64,000 nt of DNA from Lingula anatina (taxonomy: Eukaryota; Animalia; Brachiopoda), in the NCBI GenBank assembly GCA_051362555.1, contig CM120640.1, positions 12,090,001 to 12,154,000 on the forward strand. The letters are read 5' to 3'. Made by a program: the position numbers and the translations under genes. This document shows, piece after piece, positions 59,501 to 64,000 of this stretch; positions within the stretch are counted from its first letter, which is position 1, and each line of letters opens with the position of its first letter. The notes under the pieces were generated by a model. It was not told the DNA's origin. It saw nothing but the letters and a program-made list of their open reading frames with translations, and searched no databases.

Positions 59501-62500
59501 AACAGCATTTGCTGATTTGATGTCAGTAACGTTTGCCTGTTCTGATTTCACAGGTTAACTGAGAATTATGAGCGAGCAGACGGGGTCTGCCTGCCACGAT
59601 GTGTGCTCTACACTCACTATTTAGACTTCTGTAAAAAACAGGAATTCACGCCTGCTGGGGCAGCAACATTCGGAAAAGTGAGTTACGTTTGGTTTTAAAC
59701 CTTGCTTTAGATATATTTGATTCATTGAAAAAGAGCATCATGTTGGCTGATTGTCCAGGTTTATTAAAAAAAAGAGACAGCTTATTAAAAAAGATCAGAG
59801 TATATTATTATTATCATTATTATTATTATTATTATTATTGTTGTTATTGTAAAATTCACTCATTCATTTATCTTTATGTGTTGTATTCTAATTTATTTAA
59901 CCGTTTTTTTTTTTTTTTTTTTTTGTCACTTATGTGATCAATAACCTTTTTAAAAATAAGAAAATTTATTCTGATATTGATTTATATCATATAATGAATG
60001 GGGCATGACATATAAAAATACACCTGATCTAAAATAGTTAAAAATTTATATATCGATAACTGCAGCAGTTAAAGAAGACTCTTTTTCTGGAAAGAATGGG
60101 GATTTTCATCTCTCCCCACCGCCATCGTCCTGATCTTCTTATCTTTATTCTCAGGTAATCCGCCAGAAGTTCCCCAAGTTGACTACCAGACGTCTGGGAA
60201 CACGAGGGCAATCAAAGTAAGTGTTTGTATTGATTTATCTAGCATGAATAATAGACATCGACTCAGTTCCACAAATTAACACTATTTTAAGAATTTACGA
60301 AGTAGATTTGATCGATTATCACTGATCAAACATTACGTCACGTCATTTCTTTCAAAATTCGAATCGGTGCCCGATATTTAAAAAAATCATTCCTTTTTTG
60401 TAAAAAAAAAATACATGTGTTATGGTGGCAAGAACAGAATTCAATTTGAAGTAATTAACTTTTAAATTGTAGGAACGCTGACAGATAATTTTTTTAATCA
60501 TTTTTTTCTATCGCCTACGTTAGTGCAAGTCGATGAGCCACCTGCACAAAAAGTAAAAGTCAACTAAAATGTCTATAAGTAGGCCTCCTATCTTTAAAGC
60601 AAGCTTGTTTGAAAAAGAAGTAACAGCATTTGTCTTGTACATGAATTTGTCTCGAGTTTGCTGCCCGGAGAAACAACATCTATCAAGTTTAAACAACACG
60701 ATCAAACACCGTTACCCTGACAAAGCACTTCAGATTTAATGGTATTTCTCTCGAACAATTGCCTAGTATTGAGCTTGATGACTTAATGCGTTTGTTACTT
60801 CAGATATGATATGTCACAATTTGTCGCTTCCATTTTGCATCTAGGTACCATTACTATGGGATTGGTATCAAGGAAACATCTGTCTACTACCACTCCGTGT
60901 ACGCTGGCAAGGGACTTACTAGGTATGTTTACTGAAATGTAGCCAATCATTAACTTCGGTCAAGTTGTTTTACTTGCGTTTATAATTATACACAGATCTT
61001 TAGAAATTTAGCTACAAACAATCCCAGGCGGCCATGTTAGCACTAATTTTATATATTTAGAAATGCTGGTGGCAGATCCCGACCCATTACAGGTTTATTT
61101 GCTGTGTGAACCAGCAGTTAGATGTATAAACTTCTTAATCTCTTGCGGGTTTTATCCTCCCATCTGTGTCATCAGAATTAACTTCCGCTGGAGCCTCCTA
61201 TGCAGAATGAAATGTCAAAGTTGCGAAATAAGAAATAAAACTGCCAGGAATCTTATTAAACTTATATTTTATCACGCCTGGAATACAATATACAAAAATG
61301 CACTTTTAATGTACGAATTGACTTCCTACGTGTACAAAACGTTTTCAAAATTAAATTTTTTTTATAGGCATGTTCATATTTTGGCGATGTGATCACTCAA
61401 ACATTATCTCAAAACAGTGTCAGTTCCACCGTTTTTATTTTACAAAATACTGACGTCAACTTGTAATGATATTATACGTTCTTTTTAAATCAGTCATAAT
61501 GGACTGAAATATATTACCAGTGTATCACAAACAAATCTAAGATAAACTGACATAGGGGTGTTTAAAAACCTTCCTTATTTACCTATAATATGACCGCCGT
61601 GCCCCTGTGAATGAGGTTCTGGGGGAAACGTGGCATTATCAGTTCTGGTGTTTAACTAAGATACCTTCCCCGCCACTTCTACACGAACCACCCTGGTATT
61701 GACACTACGTGATTTAACAACAACTGTGCGATCAATCATCATCACGCCTAGACCAACAAATAACGACAATGACAGAATGTTTAATTTCTGTCCAACGAGT
61801 TGGCCTAGTGCAAGTCTCATAAACGCTAATTGCCGTTTGTGATCTCCAGCCGCAGGTTCGTGATCTCGTGATCGAGAGCGCAGAACTTACAGCTCGGTGC
61901 TCGCGGAAAGCATTTTTACGTTCGTGCCAAGACATGGCAGTTTTAGTCCTTAATTCTGCGCCCACATTCACAAACCAAAGACTCGAGATCACATCAGCAA
62001 TTTCGTTTATAAGGCCTGTAGACAGTGTCATAGGAATTACGGACGTTGCAAAGAATTTCAGTAGTATGTCGAATTTGATGGTAGAACAATGTCCATATAT
62101 TTCCCCGTGCACTCTTTATTCCAATAGGAGAAAAAGTATAGACTTTCCAACCCCAAGCCGGACATTTTCATTGGGGGATGTTATAGTGAAATATCATGTC
62201 TTTCTGCAATGCCAAGAGAAAACTTCTGTCATTTACTTCGACTGCTAGTGACAGACATATGTTACTGTACCATCAATGCCCATTCAATATCAAAATATGA
62301 TGACCAGAAATAGATGTATTGTTTAAAGCTAATATAAAATTTTCTACATTTTTTTAGATTTTCTGGCATCAAAATCAAGACAGAGGTAAGCGAAACAGCA
62401 CAACATATACACATGGGATTATTTTCTTTTTCTTTTCATAAGATCTTGTAACAATTCTCAGCTTTTAAGCATGCAAGGTTGTCTGGTCAATATAAAGATG

Positions 62501-64000
62501 TCTATATAATTTTTTAAAAAAATTACTAGCGGTTGGATGCTATTAATTTCACTTATCTACCTGATAGGACGTGTGCTGAACACGATGTTAAGACCCCTAG
62601 AGGTAAACGCTAATCCTTATCTGTGGTAAAGTATGTTAACTTGATGTCCGTGGGTCACCTCTTGACATCGCTTGTCATCCTGATCACACTTAATCACTCC
62701 ACATAACCGAGATACCAGTCCTTATATCAAGTATGACACCTACTGATATATTTTGGTCAACAGAAGGCAGTTAGGCCCTTAACTGTCTTTATATTTCTTT
62801 CTTTTTTTTTTCAAAAAATAAGTTAAGAATACAGATAAAAAACTCCATTTATTCTTTTTAATCTAAAAAAAAACTGATGTCGATTTCTCTACTCACAAAT
62901 GGAATCATGTATTTAGACCTGCAAAGAATGCAATGCCGACATGAAATCCATAACAGATGAGACAAGCACTGGGCTAGAAAATTTCACACGCGCATATCAT
63001 TCTTACACTGCTGCCAAGATTCCATTCTCATTCTTACCAAACATTATATACATATATGTCGTTATACATCATATAGGCCTAAATCAACCCTTCATGAGAT
63101 ATATTTTACCCCAGGGATCAAGTCGTAAGTACTCTTTGAGTTCCAAGACAGGGACTCTTCTCCCAGAATTCCCGGACCCCAGTAACCTGGTTCTGCCAGA
63201 GGGCGCCAGTGAGGAGAAGGTCCACACCTTTGTCATGATGTACAGGACGCACTGTCAGCGGATACTGGACACTGTCATATCTGCTAATTTTGACGAGGTT
63301 AGCTTTTTGTTTTGTCATGGTGAATCAAAAAGACATTGATGTCAGTTTAAAGCTTTTGTGCTGGTACATCAGCAAAATTTGAGAGAATTGAAATGAATAA
63401 ATTAAAAACATATATAAAATAGTTTTTAAAGGAAAAGTGCTTACTTTAGAACATTTTACGCTTTTAAAAGACAATGCCTTCTTGATTTGTTTCTTTTTCC
63501 CGATATTTTAAATGGCAATGAAATTTTTGACGCCTTACGGTTATATAACTCACAATAGTCACATTATCGTAGGTGCAAAACTTCCTGCTCCACTTCTGGC
63601 AGGGAATGCCAGACCACCTGCTGGAGGTGCTGGAGCTGGACGTGATCACAGATCTTGCAGGACTCTCAGACTCTATTTTATACAAGGTAAGGATTACATA
63701 TCTCTACAGAGATCCCCTATAACTATCGTACGCTGTTTTATACTAGTCAAGTTTTTTCTGCACTTAAGTAGATATATATACCTTCTTAATTTTTTTATAA
63801 GCAAATTGTTACTGTCTACTGATTTTTTTATTTTATTTTATTTTTTTTTTATTTCTCATTTTACAATTCGTTTGAAATTAAACGTCCGCATTCAAAGTGT
63901 TTTCTTTTTTTATTGAATTTAATAAATATTTTTTCTCTAAAAGCCGATAACCTTATCACCTTTTTCCTTACGTATCTACAGGTGCTGACGGACGTACTTA
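50590..64000 (+). CDS. RFX6: RFX winged-helix transcription factor, RFX6-like (RFX4/6 clade); 3' incomplete
   Basis: Exons 50590-50830 (less certain), 58938-59088, 59554-59677, 60155-60216, 60845-60922, 62358-62385, 63115-63297, 63573-63686, 63982->end, in phase. DNA-binding domain [30 protein letters not shown]...[38 protein letters not shown]6-type linker [16 protein letters not shown]...[16 protein letters not shown]. Also [13 protein letters not shown] and DSILYKVLTDVL. Confidence 0.9.
53596..56931 (+). mobile_element. Decayed 3.3-kb DNA transposon in RFX intron 1 (perfect 25-bp TIR, TSD TGCA, transposase pseudogene)
   Basis: TGCA|cacccaaacccaatatagaggtgca ... tgcacctctatattgggtttgggtg|TGCA. 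Repeated 14-mer GGAACATACGTTAC. Frameshifted coding relics at ~54810-55200 and ~55520-55870, including FERDDYSR and TVKTLYEHL. Confidence 0.85.
57868..58120. repeat. Degenerate ~80-bp tandem repeat, about 3 copies
   Basis: Recurring gctaagRagatgc / gaatcagt.ttacatc / tttgct modules at ~57876, 57953, 58031, 58115. Confidence 0.45.
58663..58705. repeat. (TTTTA)n simple repeat
   Basis: Direct reading. Confidence 0.85.
59802..59850. repeat. (TAT)n simple repeat
   Basis: Direct reading. Confidence 0.85.

Overview
AT-rich, intron-rich animal genomic DNA; the repeat content suggests a mollusc or other lophotrochozoan, which is an inference. Six spliced genes were reconstructed by hand from GT-AG sites and reading-frame continuity. 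In order: the last exon of an ER-luminal protein ending in REEL (+); HCCS (-); SKP2 (+), head-to-head with HCCS; an ALDH3/fatty-aldehyde dehydrogenase (-); a canonical Ras (+), head-to-head with the ALDH and split into 8 coding exons; and the 5' part of an RFX6-like gene (+) that runs off the window. The most notable feature is in the ALDH3 gene. It carries two duplicated, apparently mutually exclusive C-terminal exons, both starting LRYPPY, one with a membrane anchor and one without. A perfect 13-bp intronic complementarity brackets the anchor exon and is a candidate RNA-pairing splice switch. Mobile DNA includes an internally deleted mariner, a 3.3-kb decayed DNA transposon (CAC...GTG ends, 4-bp TSD, Sola-like transposase relic), several Helentron/HINE-like elements carrying different internal tandem arrays, and several MITEs. 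Most ORFs in the supplied track are spurious or are intron read-through.
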